DNA of 62,992 nucleotides, counting the filler, from Chthonomonadaceae bacterium (GTDB taxonomy: Bacteria > Armatimonadota > Chthonomonadetes > Chthonomonadales > Chthonomonadaceae): the NCBI GenBank assembly GCA_035650735.1. It is 4 parts of 4 records of this genome, joined end to end, with 100 filler letters (N's around TTAATTAATTAA, not from the genome) between each part and the next. Parts side by side here need not be neighbours in the genome. Positions count along the whole stretch, not along the records: positions 18,521 to 47,083 come from DASRGZ010000112.1; positions 47,184 to 53,590 come from DASRGZ010000117.1; 2 more parts are not named here. The stretch is one strand, 5' to 3'. Shown in pieces: positions 40,068 to 50,781 of this stretch (positions within the stretch are counted from its first letter, which is position 1; the number at the start of each line of letters is the position of its first letter). The position numbers were made by a program, and so were the translations under genes. Below the pieces are notes generated by a model. That model worked only from the letters and a program-made list of their open reading frames with translations. It was not told the DNA's origin and did not search any database.

Positions 40068-41351
40068 ATGATCATGGAGAACGACACCGCATACCAGATC
40101 TCCGCCGCGAACGTGCGCTTCGGGCCTGGAGTCACCCGCGAGGTGGGCATGGATCTGAGCGATCTTGGAGCGCGCCGAACGCTGGTGCTGATCGACCCGG
40201 CATTGCGCGCACTGTCTGTAGGTGAGGTTGTCATCGAGGCGTTGCGAGGAGCCCACGTCTCGTTCGAAGTCTTCGACCGCATTGCCGTCGAGCCGACCGA
40301 CCGCAGCTTTCAGGAGGCGATTGAGGCGGCAACGGCGGACCAATTCGATTCGTTCGTGGCGGTAGGAGGGGGCAGCACCATGGACACGGCGAAAGCCGCG
40401 AACCTCTACTCGACTTATCCCGCGGATTTCCTGGATTACGTGAACGCGCCCATCGGCAAGGGACTTCCGGTGCCGGGGCCAGTGAAGCCGCTGATCGCCA
40501 TTCCGACGACGGCCGGTACGGGCAGTGAGACGACCGGCGTCGCTATTTTCGATTACCTGGAGCAAAGAGCCAAGACAGGGATCGCCCATCGCTACCTCAA
40601 ACCCACCCTGGGCCTCGTGGATCCGGAGAACACCCGTTCGCTTCCGCCTGCGGTCGCCGCCGCAGCCGGATTGGATGTGCTGAGCCACGCGCTGGAGTCC
40701 TACACGGCGGCTCCCTATAACGTCCGCCCGCGGCCGGCGCGCCCGCTAGAGCGCCCAGCTTACCAGGGGTCCAATCCGATTAGTGATATCTGGGCGCTTC
40801 GGGCGCTGGAACTGGTCAATGGTTATCTGCTGCGCGCTGTCGGCGACTCATCGGATGATGAGGCGCGCGGCCAGATGCTCCTGGCGGCGGCGATGGCGGG
40901 TATCGGTTTCGGCAACGCAGGCGTCCACCTGCCGCACGGCATGTCCTATCCAGTGGCCGGAATGGTGCGCAGCTACCGCTACCCCGGTTATGCCGTTGAC
41001 CACCCGCTCATCCCACATGGCATCTCCGTGATACTGCACACGCCAGCCGTTGTCCGGTTCACGGCTCCCGCCGCGCCGGAACGGCACCTGCGCGCCGCCG
41101 CTATGCTGGGCGCGGCGGTAACGGACGCGGCTCCCGAGGCAGCCGGCGAGATCCTGGCCAGCCGGATCACAGAACTGATGCGCTCCCTGGAAATGCCCAA
41201 CGGCCTTGAGGCCGTCGGCTACACAGAAGCGGACATCCCTGCTCTGGTAGAAGGGACGTTGCCGCAGCACCGCGTCACGAAACTCTCTCCGATCCCTGCC
41301 GGCCGGGACGAGTTGACCGCGCTCTTCCGTGCATCGCTGCGGATCTGGTAA
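40068..41351 (+). CDS. Hydroxyacid-oxoacid transhydrogenase (iron-containing ADH family)
   Basis: AVGGGSTMDTAKAANLY, PTTAGTGSETTG, YQGSNPISD, GNAGVHLPHGMSY. Confidence 0.92.
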   Translation: MIMENDTAYQISAANVRFGPGVTREVGMDLSDLGARRTLVLIDPALRALSVGEVVIEALRGAHVSFEVFDRIAVEPTDRSFQEAIEAATADQFDSFVAVGGGSTMDTAKAANLYSTYPADFLDYVNAPIGKGLPVPGPVKPLIAIPTTAGTGSETTGVAIFDYLEQRAKTGIAHRYLKPTLGLVDPENTRSLPPAVAAAAGLDVLSHALESYTAAPYNVRPRPARPLERPAYQGSNPISDIWALRALELVNGYLLRAVGDSSDDEARGQMLLAAAMAGIGFGNAGVHLPHGMSYPVAGMVRSYRYPGYAVDHPLIPHGISVILHTPAVVRFTAPAAPERHLRAAAMLGAAVTDAAPEAAGEILASRITELMRSLEMPNGLEAVGYTEADIPALVEGTLPQHRVTKLSPIPAGRDELTALFRASLRIW

Positions 41352-41645
41352 GAGCCTCATCCCCTCTAAAGTTCTGCGTAAGACTAACACTGGACATGCC
41401 CGACAGGAGGATTGCCTACCCGCCGCGCATAATTCCTCCACTGTGCAGGTCGTTCGAGTTCCGATCCCTCCTTCCTTCGTCACGCCGACGCCAATCCGCA
41501 GTGGATTGCACCCATAATCTCAAGAGCGTGTGGGCACGCCTTTTCATGCTAGAACTCAGGCCGCGTCGAACACCCCAAAATTGGAAACACGGAACGACCC
41601 ATTCCTCATCTGAGGGAGAGTACATAGCACGGAGAGATACTATTG

Positions 41646-43769
41646 ATGAGAGTTGGCAAATGGATGCCTGCCGTTCTGTTCGTAGCAGTGCTACTGTTTC
41701 CGCGCGCACGCGTCGCGACACAGACCGAGACGGCGTGGCAGCCGTCGGAGAGCCAGACAGAATGGCCGAGCTATGGCGGTGGCCCTGACGGAATTCGCTA
41801 TTCGAGCCTCACTCAGATAAATCGCGCGAACGTCTCTCAGCTTCAGGTCGCATGGACCTTTGATCCCGGTGAGGGGCCGGGCGAAACTCAGTGCCAGCCG
41901 CTTGTCGCCGACGGCGTTCTCTATGCCGTTACGCCGCACCATAACGTGGTCGCGCTAGACGCCGCCACAGGTAAGCCGATCTGGCGCTTCGATTCCAGCA
42001 TCATCGGGCGCGGGCCGAACCGCGGAGTCGCTTACTGGACCGACGGCAGCGAGCGGCGCGTCTTCGCGGCGGTCACGCACTTTGTCTATGCGCTGGATGG
42101 CGCTACCGGCAAGCCGATCCCGAGCTTCGGCGTGAATGGGCGGATAGACTTGCGAGAGGGTGTTGGACGCGATCCGGCAAAACAGTCGATCATCCTGACA
42201 ACCCCAGGGGTCATCTACAAAGACCTGTTGATCGTTGGAGGCCGAGTGTCCGAGGGGTTGCCGTGTACTCCTGGCGACATCCGCGCGTACGACGTCCGCA
42301 CAGGCCAGATGCGGTGGTCGTTCCATACAATTCCGCATCCGGGCGAGTTCGGATACAAAACGTGGCCGAAACTAGCATGGAAGGTCTCCGGTTCGGCCAA
42401 CAACTGGGCGGGAATGACTGTGGATGCCGCGCGGGGACTGGTTTTTGTGCCGACCGGATCGGCGGCTAGCGACTTCTATGGGGCCGACCGGGTGGGCGAC
42501 GACCTCTTTGCCAACACGCTGCTGGCGCTCGATGCAAATACAGGAAAGCGTGTCTGGCATTTTCAAGCGGTCAAACACGACATCTGGGACCGCGATTTTC
42601 CGTCACAGCCGGCTCTCGTTCGAGTCAAGCGCGGGCGGAGGTGGGTGGACGCCGTTGCCCAGACCACCAAGTCCGGACATGTGTACGTCTTCGAGCGAAG
42701 GAACGGGAAGTCCCTCTTCCCCATCAAATACCGTAAGTATCCGCCAAGCGATGTACCCGGCGAGGTAGCGGCTAAGACCCAACCACTGCCCACGAAACCC
42801 GCGCCGTTTGCCCGGCAGGTCCTGACGCAAGACATGTTGACCAATCGGACTCCCGAGGCGCACCGCTGGGCCGTGGAGCGTTTCCGAACGTTCTACGGCG
42901 GCACGCCGTTCGTGCCCTTCCGGGTCGGCCAGGAAACGCTCATCTTCCCAGGATTCGACGGTGGAGCGGAATGGGGCGGTCCCGCGTTCGACCCCGAGAC
43001 GGGGATCCTCTACGTCAACGCGAACGAGATGGCCTGGACTTCCCACCTGGCCAAAAACGAGCAGGTCAAATCCGCGCGGCAGCTCTATCTCCAGAACTGC
43101 GCCAACTGTCATGGCGACACGCTCGCCGGATCACCGCCTCAGTTGCCGAAGCTGCTCAATATGGGCCCGAAATGGGACGAGGCGGCGATTTGCAAGATCA
43201 CCCGCCAGGGCGCGGGCCGTATGCCCGGATTCCCCAACCTTTCCGACGCGGAAGTAAAGGCGGTGGCGCAATATGTCCTGAGTGGAGAGAGTAAAGAGAT
43301 CGAATCCGACGAGCCAGCCGCCGTGACACTGGACTATCGCTTTACCGGCTACCGCAAGTTTCTGGACCCCGATGGCTACCCGGCGATCGCGCCTCCGTGG
43401 GGTACTCTCAATGCCATTGACCTGAACACCGGCGAATATGTGTGGAAGATCCCGTTCGGCGAATATCCGGAGCTGGCGGAGAAGGGCATGAAGGACACAG
43501 GCAGCGAGAGCTATGGAGGCCCGGTTGTCACCGCGGGAGGACTGGTTTTCATCGCTGCAACGAACTACGATCGTAAGTTTCGGGCCTTCGATAAGACCAC
43601 GGGCCAGTTGCTCTGGGAGACCACGCTGCCGTTCTCCGCGAACGCCACTCCCGCTGTCTACTCGGCCGGGGGACGCCAATTCGTGGTGATCTGCGCCGAG
43701 GGGAGCAAAGGTCGCCCGAACGATCCCAAAGGCAGCAAGTATATAGCCTTCGCATTACCCCACCCCTGA
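41646..43769 (+). CDS. PQQ-dependent (glucose dehydrogenase-like) quinoprotein with internal cytochrome c domain
   Basis: Signal peptide, YSSLTQINRANV, WHFQAVKHDIWDRD, GGAEWGG, CANCH, PPWGTLNAIDL. Confidence 0.9.
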   Translation: MRVGKWMPAVLFVAVLLFPRARVATQTETAWQPSESQTEWPSYGGGPDGIRYSSLTQINRANVSQLQVAWTFDPGEGPGETQCQPLVADGVLYAVTPHHNVVALDAATGKPIWRFDSSIIGRGPNRGVAYWTDGSERRVFAAVTHFVYALDGATGKPIPSFGVNGRIDLREGVGRDPAKQSIILTTPGVIYKDLLIVGGRVSEGLPCTPGDIRAYDVRTGQMRWSFHTIPHPGEFGYKTWPKLAWKVSGSANNWAGMTVDAARGLVFVPTGSAASDFYGADRVGDDLFANTLLALDANTGKRVWHFQAVKHDIWDRDFPSQPALVRVKRGRRWVDAVAQTTKSGHVYVFERRNGKSLFPIKYRKYPPSDVPGEVAAKTQPLPTKPAPFARQVLTQDMLTNRTPEAHRWAVERFRTFYGGTPFVPFRVGQETLIFPGFDGGAEWGGPAFDPETGILYVNANEMAWTSHLAKNEQVKSARQLYLQNCANCHGDTLAGSPPQLPKLLNMGPKWDEAAICKITRQGAGRMPGFPNLSDAEVKAVAQYVLSGESKEIESDEPAAVTLDYRFTGYRKFLDPDGYPAIAPPWGTLNAIDLNTGEYVWKIPFGEYPELAEKGMKDTGSESYGGPVVTAGGLVFIAATNYDRKFRAFDKTTGQLLWETTLPFSANATPAVYSAGGRQFVVICAEGSKGRPNDPKGSKYIAFALPHP

Positions 43770-43969
43770 GGCCATTCTGCCGATAGGAGCCAGGCATAAC
43801 AGCCACACCGTACGCGCGTACGATTAGGGAAGTGAGGGCAACGCGGGCTTCGATATGGTTCTATCTATGCCGAGGTTCGACCGGCATGTTGGCAGCATAA
43901 CGCGTTCGACCGCAGTCGAAACGAACCGGACGGCTCGGTTCCAACCAACCCCCAAGCAGGAGACAGGCG

Positions 43970-45766
43970 ATGAACGACAAGACGCCGACACAGCAGGTGT
44001 CGGAATGGCTGGCCGTACTCGGCGCAGCACTCCAACGCGGCGACGCCAAGGGCGCTGCGGCGCTGTTCGGCCCCGACAGCTACTGGCGCGACCTGGTGGC
44101 CTTCACCTGGAACATCACCACCGCCGAGGGCAACGCCAAGGTGCACCAGATGATCGAGCGGGCGGTGATCCCCGCGAAGCCCTCCGCCTGGCAACTCGAA
44201 GGCGAGGCCAGCGAGGTCAACGGCGTGACCGAAGGCTGGCTCCGCTTCGAGACCGAGGTGGCGCGCGGCTGTGGGCACGTGCGCCTGATCGGAGGCAAGG
44301 CCTGGACGCTGTTGACGGCGATGACCGAGCTCAAGGGCTACGAGGAGCGCCGGGGGCCAACGCGCGACCGGGGCGTCGAACACGGCGTGCACCCCGGCCG
44401 CAAGACCTGGCTCGAGCAGCGTCAAAAGGAGGAGGCCGAACTGGGCTTCCTCAGGCAGCCCTACGTCGTGATCGTCGGGGGCGGGCAGGGCGGCATTGCG
44501 CTGGGCGCCCGGCTGCGGCGGCTCAACGTGCCCACGATCATCGTCGAGAAGCACGAGCGGCCCGGCGACTCCTGGCGCAAGCGCTACAAGAGCCTGTGCC
44601 TGCACGATCCGGTCTGGTACGACCATCTCCCCTACCTTCCCTTCCCCGATCACTGGCCGGTGTTCAGCCCCAAGGACAAGATCGCCGACTGGCTGGAGAT
44701 GTACACGAAGGTGATGGAGCTGAACTACTGGGGCAGCACCGAATGCAAGCGCGCACGCTACGACGAGGCCGAGCAGGAGTGGACGGTCGAGGTCGTCCGC
44801 CAGGGGAAACCGATGACGCTGCGGCCGCGGCATCTGGTGCTGGCCACCGGCGCGCTGGGCGTGCCCAACATGCCGTGTGTGCCGGGAATGGAGCGGTTTA
44901 CGGGAGACCTGCACCACAGCAGCCAGCACCCGGGTCCCGACGGCTACCGGGGCAAGAAGGCGGTGGTGATCGGCTCGAATACCTCGGCCCACGACATCTG
45001 CGCCGCCCTCTGGGAGGAGGGCGCCGACGTGACGATGGTGCAGCGGAGTGCGACGCTCGTGGTGCGCACCGACACCCTGCTGGAACTGGGCTTTGGTCCC
45101 CTGTACTCTGAAGCGGCGGTTGCCGCCGGCATCACCACAGAGCGGGCCGATCTGACGCTGGCCTCGCGGCCCTACCGGACGCTGCCGGGCCTGCATAGGC
45201 CGATGTGGGAAGAGATCAAGCAGCGCGATGCCGACTTCTACGCGCGGCTGGAGAAGGCCGGCTTCCAGCTTAGCTTCGGCGAGGACGGGTCGGGCCTGGC
45301 GGTAATGGGACAGCGGCGCGGCGGGGGCTTCTACATTGACGTCGGCGCGAGCGAGCTTATCGCCGACGGCCGGATCAAGCTCAAAAGCCGGGTCGGCGTC
45401 GAACGCATCAAGGAGCGCTCGATCGTCCTGACCGACGGCAGCGAACTGCCCGCCGACCTGATCGTCTTTGCCACCGGCTATGGCTCAATGAACGGCTGGG
45501 TCGAACAGCTCATCAGCAAGGAGGTGGCCGACAAGGTGGGCAAGTGCTGGGGATTGGGTTCGGACACGCGCTATGATCCGGGGCCGTGGGAGGGGGAGCT
45601 GCGCAATATGTGGAAGCCCACGCACCAGGAGGGGCTGTGGTTCCAGGGCGGCAACCTGCATCTGGCGCGCCACTACTCTCTGTACCTGGCGCTCCAGTTG
45701 AAGGCGCGCCTGGAGGGCATTCCCACGCCGGTCTATGGAATCGGGCCGGTGCATCACAGGTCGTAA
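43970..45766 (+). CDS. Flavin-containing monooxygenase with N-terminal SnoaL-like domain
   Basis: YWRDLVAFTWN, GGGQGG, WRKRYKSLCLH, HHSSQH, GSNTSAHD, FATGY. Confidence 0.9.
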   Translation: MNDKTPTQQVSEWLAVLGAALQRGDAKGAAALFGPDSYWRDLVAFTWNITTAEGNAKVHQMIERAVIPAKPSAWQLEGEASEVNGVTEGWLRFETEVARGCGHVRLIGGKAWTLLTAMTELKGYEERRGPTRDRGVEHGVHPGRKTWLEQRQKEEAELGFLRQPYVVIVGGGQGGIALGARLRRLNVPTIIVEKHERPGDSWRKRYKSLCLHDPVWYDHLPYLPFPDHWPVFSPKDKIADWLEMYTKVMELNYWGSTECKRARYDEAEQEWTVEVVRQGKPMTLRPRHLVLATGALGVPNMPCVPGMERFTGDLHHSSQHPGPDGYRGKKAVVIGSNTSAHDICAALWEEGADVTMVQRSATLVVRTDTLLELGFGPLYSEAAVAAGITTERADLTLASRPYRTLPGLHRPMWEEIKQRDADFYARLEKAGFQLSFGEDGSGLAVMGQRRGGGFYIDVGASELIADGRIKLKSRVGVERIKERSIVLTDGSELPADLIVFATGYGSMNGWVEQLISKEVADKVGKCWGLGSDTRYDPGPWEGELRNMWKPTHQEGLWFQGGNLHLARHYSLYLALQLKARLEGIPTPVYGIGPVHHRS

Positions 45767-46088
45767 CTGGCCCGGCACGACCGTCGGAGGTATTGCTGGC
45801 TGAGGCCGGTAAGATCGTTCCTGAAGCGGCATACGCAGTGAGGCGGGCAGGCGTGGGGAGCGCACAAGCACCGGCCCTGGCGAGCATGGATGTCATTGGA
45901 CATTGCGGGCGCGCTGACAACAGCGCCCTCAGCAGCCAATAGAGGCACTCAGAGACGCTTACAAGACGTTCCGTATCCAGGGATTTCAGACTAGCGCGCT
46001 ACAAAGAAACGGACAGAGGCAGATGGGACCTCCCGTTCGTGGGGAGAAGCGGCGTCTACGGTAGGCAGCCGCAGTCGCCAACCAAGCC

Positions 46089-47047
46089 GTGCCTTCGGAA
46101 AGGCAGCCCGGCGCGGTCATCGCCGTCGCCAACCGTGCCCAGAGGCTCTGGACGCCTGTGGTTTCCGGGGAGGACACAGGCGGAGGGGACACCCTCTTTC
46201 TGCTGGCCTCCATCTCCCAGTCCATCACCGCCTGCGCGCTCATGCGCCTGGGCGAGCAAGCAAACTGCTGCTCCAGCGTCCTGTCGGCGCCTATCTGCCC
46301 GAGTTTGCCAAAAACGGCAAGCAGAATAGCACCCCGTTCCCTCTGCTGACCCACACCAGCGGCAGGGACCCGACCCGCTGGGCGCAGGCGCGCTTCTCCG
46401 AGGGGGCCGAGATAGGGACCTGCTGCGAGGGGGCGTGCGAAGCCACGCTTATCTTCGCGCCGGGAAGCCAGATGGCCTCTCGGACGCTCTCCTTTGCCGT
46501 CCTGAGCCAACTCCTCACGCGCCTGGGCGGGCAGCCGTATCCCGACTATCTGCGCGACCAGATATTCACGCCGTTGGGAATGCGAGACACGGCTTTCCTC
46601 CCCACCGCCCCCCACCGCGCGGCGCCCGTCCACCACTCCGGCGAGTCGGCCCGCCGGCAACGTTTTAGGCAGCGGGCCATCGCGGGTGGCCGACTGTGGA
46701 GCACGGCGGCGGCCCTGGTGGCGCTGGGGCAGACACGCCTCAACGGCGGCCAGCACGGAGACTACACTCTGCTGGGCCCGGCGACCCTCGCGACGATGAG
46801 GCGCCTGCAAGCCTCAGACAAGCTGGATGGGGGCGATGGGATTGCGCCCCCTTTCTCCTCTGGGTTGGGCTGGGGCAAGGGATCGCTGGTACCGGGGGCA
46901 TGGGGCTCTGCGACCGCTTACGAGCCTGGGGGGGCGACGGGAACGCGGCTGTGGATAGACCCGGACTGGGACCTGGTTTTTGTCTATCTGAGCAATACCT
47001 GGGGCGACGAGACGGAGACGGCGCGGCGGGCGCTCAAGGCGGTGTAG
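46089..47047 (+). pseudogene. Degraded serine hydrolase (beta-lactamase family)
   Basis: Motif remnants in different frames: PGAVIAVA..FLLASISQS (SxxK lost), LLTHTSG, IFTPLGMRDT, GRLWSTAA, LWIDP..DLVFVYLSN. Confidence 0.75.
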
Positions 47048-47083
47048 GGCACGCTCACTGGTTAATTGGGTACAGCGAGTGTG

Positions 47084-47183
47084 NNNNNNNNNNNNNNNNN
47101 NNNNNNNNNNNNNNNNNNNNNNNNNNNTTAATTAATTAANNNNNNNNNNNNNNNNNNNNNNNNNNNNNNNNNNNNNNNNNNNN
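47084..47183. other. Artificial contig linker
   Basis: N run with central TTAATTAATTAA. Confidence 0.98.
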
Positions 47184-47321
47184 GCGCTTTAAGGCATCTC
47201 TTATGGCACAATAACGGGTGAGGTTGTCGCTCATTTTAGGTTCTCCAGTGTCTGTGGTAAGCACTAGAGTACCCAATGCGGCAACCTCTACGCCCTCCTT
47301 CCAAAAAGTGTACGGCAGTGA

Positions 47322-47407
47322 AGACGGGATTTATAGGATTAGACAAAGATAGGGAAGCAAAGCTTATCTGAGGGGTGGAAATCCGGTTAATTCCGTTAAT
47401 CCCGTCT
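47322..47407. repeat. Imperfect inverted repeat with 9-nt periodic arms
   Basis: AGACGGGATTTATAGGATT ... AATCCGGTTAATTCCGTTAATCCCGTCT; same architecture as 6712-6787. Confidence 0.65.
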
Positions 47408-47499
47408 GAATCTGGTTTTTGAGGCAAAAAGAAGGCTCTGCTTCCTCAGGAGTAAGGAAGCAGAGCTGCAGGAAGGGTTGAGCCTTCCCAGGAGGAAGC

Positions 47500-47913
47500 T
47501 TACGAGGAGTCGCGGCCCGGCTGGAAGCCAGCGTTGCCGTTGTCGCTTGTGTCATGCGCCTGGACGCTGCAGTGGATGGTGATCGGCCCCTGGTTGTTGG
47601 TGCCGGTATCCACCGTATAGGTGCCGCCCTCCGGGCAGATAGGCAGCGCCTGCAGGTCTTTGTCCGGCCCGACCAGCGGGCCGCCCGCGCTGAGATCGGC
47701 GGTATAGCCGCCGGGATTGCGGATCAGGTATGCCTGCTCCGCGTGGGCAATAGACTGCATATTGGCGCGACAGGTGCGGCGGCGCGACTCCTTAACGGCT
47801 GCCAGGTAAGCCGGAATCGCCACGGCCATCAAGATCGCCAGGATCAGAACTACGACCAGCAGTTCGACCAGCGTAAAGCCTTTGCGACGCTTTCGCGAAA
47901 GAATATGGTGCAA
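47500..47913 (-). CDS. Type IV pilin / prepilin-type protein
   Basis: RRKG|FTLVELLVVVLILAILMAVAIP, CPEGGTY...C..H; TTG start after AAGGAGG. Confidence 0.92.
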   Translation of the reverse strand: MHHILSRKRRKGFTLVELLVVVLILAILMAVAIPAYLAAVKESRRRTCRANMQSIAHAEQAYLIRNPGGYTADLSAGGPLVGPDKDLQALPICPEGGTYTVDTGTNNQGPITIHCSVQAHDTSDNGNAGFQPGRDSS

Positions 47914-48045
47914 GCGAGTTGCCTCCTTTTCGTCGAATGTGAGCGAGCGGCTTTCCCCGAAACCGGAGCGGGCCGTCTCATTCACGTTATGCCATGTTCC
48001 GCGCCGCGATAACCTGACAGGAACGCCGGATTCTGGCGGTATGCG

Positions 48046-48786
48046 TCAAGGAGTTTCGGTCACAGGCGCCGATGCGACGGGCGGCTCGGCGGCTGGCGCA
48101 ACGGTGGGCGGGGCCGGCGTCTCCTGGCCCGCTTTGGCAGGCGGCCAGGCGTGGCCCACTTCCAGGGTAATCCGGCGCGTGCCGGCCTTCAAGACAACGC
48201 CCGTCTCGGCAATATGCTCCACCAGCCATCCGTTGGGCAGCCGCTCCTTCTCTTTTTTGTCGAAGATCTGCCCATCCAGGCGGAGAACAGCGATGGTCGG
48301 CTGGCCGAGCACCACGCCTTTCAACTCAATAACCGGCTGCTCGGGCGGCGTCGGGGATGTCGTCGGCGCCGCAGCGGGGACGGGCGGGGCAATCGCCGCC
48401 AGTTTGGGCCGCGTGTCGCGCGGCAGAACGCTGGGACCGGGCGGTGCGGGCCGCCTGGGAGCCAGGTGTGGAGCGGCCAGGAATCTGTTTACCGGACGCG
48501 CAGCCACAGGCGGCTCGAAGGGGTCGCGCTCCGCCGGAGGCGGTACGCTCAAGTCCTGAGCGACAGCCGTTTTATCGGGCGTAGGCTGTGCAGTGCCCGG
48601 TACTCCGACGGCAGCCTGTGCGCCCGGCAGGCTGGCCGGCACGATGGTCGGTGCCGCCGGCCTGGGTGTCCCATGCGACGAGCCAACCGCGCGCGGAATA
48701 ATAAAGACAACTCCATATCCCAAGACAAGGACAATCGCGGCGCCAAGGCCGATTAGGCGCTTACGATCTTCTGGTCGGTATGTCAT
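48046..48786 (-). CDS. PilP/GspC-like pilus assembly protein
   Basis: N-terminal TM, Pro-rich linker, RDPF motif, LKGVVLG...AVL beta domain; operon context. Confidence 0.6.
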   Translation of the reverse strand: MTYRPEDRKRLIGLGAAIVLVLGYGVVFIIPRAVGSSHGTPRPAAPTIVPASLPGAQAAVGVPGTAQPTPDKTAVAQDLSVPPPAERDPFEPPVAARPVNRFLAAPHLAPRRPAPPGPSVLPRDTRPKLAAIAPPVPAAAPTTSPTPPEQPVIELKGVVLGQPTIAVLRLDGQIFDKKEKERLPNGWLVEHIAETGVVLKAGTRRITLEVGHAWPPAKAGQETPAPPTVAPAAEPPVASAPVTETP

Positions 48787-48893
48787 CCATGAACCTCCTC
48801 ATACTGGAGCCATTCAGCTCTCTCCAGGCGGTAAAACCGCAGTACTAAAAGCACAAAGTCGCCCTACGGCGACTGTCCACTCCCTGTTAAAGC

Positions 48894-48946
48894 CTTCACC
48901 CCCTTCCCCTCCCCCACGCTGCGGGAGAGGGGAAGGAGGTGAGGGC
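48894..48946. repeat. REP-like palindrome
   Basis: CCTTCACCCCCTTCCCCTCCCCC..GGGAGAGGGGAAGGAGGTGAGGG. Confidence 0.7.
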
Positions 48947-48968
48947 CGCTGGTCGGGGTCCAGGCGTC

Positions 48969-50762
48969 CTACTTGACGATATGCGGCGTGATAAAGACCA
49001 GAATATCGCTGTGCCGTCGGTCGGTGGAGCGCTTGCGGAAAAGCTCTCCGATCAGCGGGATCTTGGAGAGGATAGGCACCTCCTGAACGGTCTTGCTGAT
49101 CTCGTCGCGAATCAGGCCCCCGATCACCACCGTCTCGCCATCCTGCACCATGACCGTCGTCTCCGCCTCACGCGAGCTGGTCTGCGGGATGTTGTTGGCG
49201 CTGAGGCCCGTGACGGTGCTCACGACCGGGTGAACGCGCATGGTGATCCGGCCATCGCTGTTGATGTGCGGGCGCACCAGCAAGATAATCCCGACCGGGA
49301 ACTCCAGCACCTGTAACGTCGTGCCGGCCAGGCTTGACTGCGAGACCTGCGTGCGAATGGTCTCCCCGATGAAGATGTTGGCGTCCTGGTTATCCACCAC
49401 CTGAATACGTGGGTCGGCCAGGATCTTGGCCTCCTTGCGGACGGTCATCGCGCTCAACACCGACTGGAACGACCAGGGAACGCGGCTGATGGCGCCGAAG
49501 CCCAGCGGGCGCGTGGCCTTGTCGAAGTCTGAGGCGGTCGTGCCCGGATGCGCCTCCAGGAAAGTGAAGGGCGTCCAGCTCCACGTCAGGCCCAGCTCCT
49601 CGGCCCGCTCCGGCGAGGTATCCACTACCTTGACCTCGACCATGACCTGCTGGGGCGGCACATCCACCTGCGCCAGCAGCCCGAACGCCTTATCCAGTTG
49701 CTCCGGCGTGCCGTTGAGTACCAGGAAGCGGGCGTGACTGCCGTCCTCGGGTTTGGACTGAGACGTACCGTTCTCTCCTGTGCCCGCCGCTGTGCCGCCA
49801 CCATTGCCGTTATTGCCGCCTGCCATCGCGCCGCCGTTGTTGGTGCCGATTGTAGCGCCGGAGAGCGGGCGGAAGCCGGGCGCGGACGGCGCGTAGTTCT
49901 CCGGCCCAATGAGCACGGAGACATCCAGGCCGGACTTCTCCAGGAAGTCGCGCAACACCGGCGCGCTGCTGTAGCGGATGGGATAGACGCGGTACTCGTG
50001 GTCGGAGTCGCGCGGAGCGTTGGGCGCATCTATGGTATGGAGCGCCTCTTTGGCGCCCTCCACCGCGGATTTCGGCCCGGCCAGGCCCAGCGCGCCACCG
50101 GGCTTGTCCGCCGCGCCTACTGCCTGCGCCTTCAGGTCCGGATACATCGTCTTCAAGAGCGTGGCGACCTGCGCCGCCGGCACATAGCGCAAAGCGACCA
50201 CATCCGTCGTCGCCGGATCGTTGGGCTTGGCCTTGTCCTGCGCGGCCAGGATCGTGCGCGCCTGCTCAATATCCTCCGTGCCGCCAATAGCAAGCACCTG
50301 ATTGCCCGCCTGGCGAACGGTGAGGTAAGGCAGCGCGCCCTCCAGCAGTTTCACGGCGTCCGCAGGCGCCAGCGTATTGAGCGGCAGGAACGTTTTCGCC
50401 CCGAACGGCTCCAGCGCCCGGCGCAGGTCGCCCGGCGCGGCCACGACGTAGGTGCGCCCGATCTGGCGGAAGGCCAGCCCGGAGGCCGCCGTGATAAAGC
50501 TCAGCGCCTGGTCGGTCGTGTCCGCTGCGACGTCTACCGAGATGGACTTGCGCAGCCCCGTCGGGTAGACGATGTTGGCGTGCGTCTGCAGGGTGAGCGC
50601 CTGGATTACATCCGAGAAATCGGTATTGGCAAACCGCAGGCGAATGCGCGCTCGGGGTCGTATCGGATTAGCCGGGCGCGGGTTGCCGGCCGGCGTCTCC
50701 GCGGGCGCCGGGAGCGCGCTGAGCAGGAAAAGCCCTGCTGCGAGTAAATGGAAGCGTTTCAT
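48969..50762 (-). CDS. Secretin (PilQ/GspD family)
   Basis: Signal peptide, N domains, QQVMVEVKVVD, GETVVIGGLI, VPILSKIPLIGELFR, ILVFITPHIV. Confidence 0.93.
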   Translation of the reverse strand: MKRFHLLAAGLFLLSALPAPAETPAGNPRPANPIRPRARIRLRFANTDFSDVIQALTLQTHANIVYPTGLRKSISVDVAADTTDQALSFITAASGLAFRQIGRTYVVAAPGDLRRALEPFGAKTFLPLNTLAPADAVKLLEGALPYLTVRQAGNQVLAIGGTEDIEQARTILAAQDKAKPNDPATTDVVALRYVPAAQVATLLKTMYPDLKAQAVGAADKPGGALGLAGPKSAVEGAKEALHTIDAPNAPRDSDHEYRVYPIRYSSAPVLRDFLEKSGLDVSVLIGPENYAPSAPGFRPLSGATIGTNNGGAMAGGNNGNGGGTAAGTGENGTSQSKPEDGSHARFLVLNGTPEQLDKAFGLLAQVDVPPQQVMVEVKVVDTSPERAEELGLTWSWTPFTFLEAHPGTTASDFDKATRPLGFGAISRVPWSFQSVLSAMTVRKEAKILADPRIQVVDNQDANIFIGETIRTQVSQSSLAGTTLQVLEFPVGIILLVRPHINSDGRITMRVHPVVSTVTGLSANNIPQTSSREAETTVMVQDGETVVIGGLIRDEISKTVQEVPILSKIPLIGELFRKRSTDRRHSDILVFITPHIVK

Positions 50763-50781
50763 AGGTCAATCTCCACCCTCC

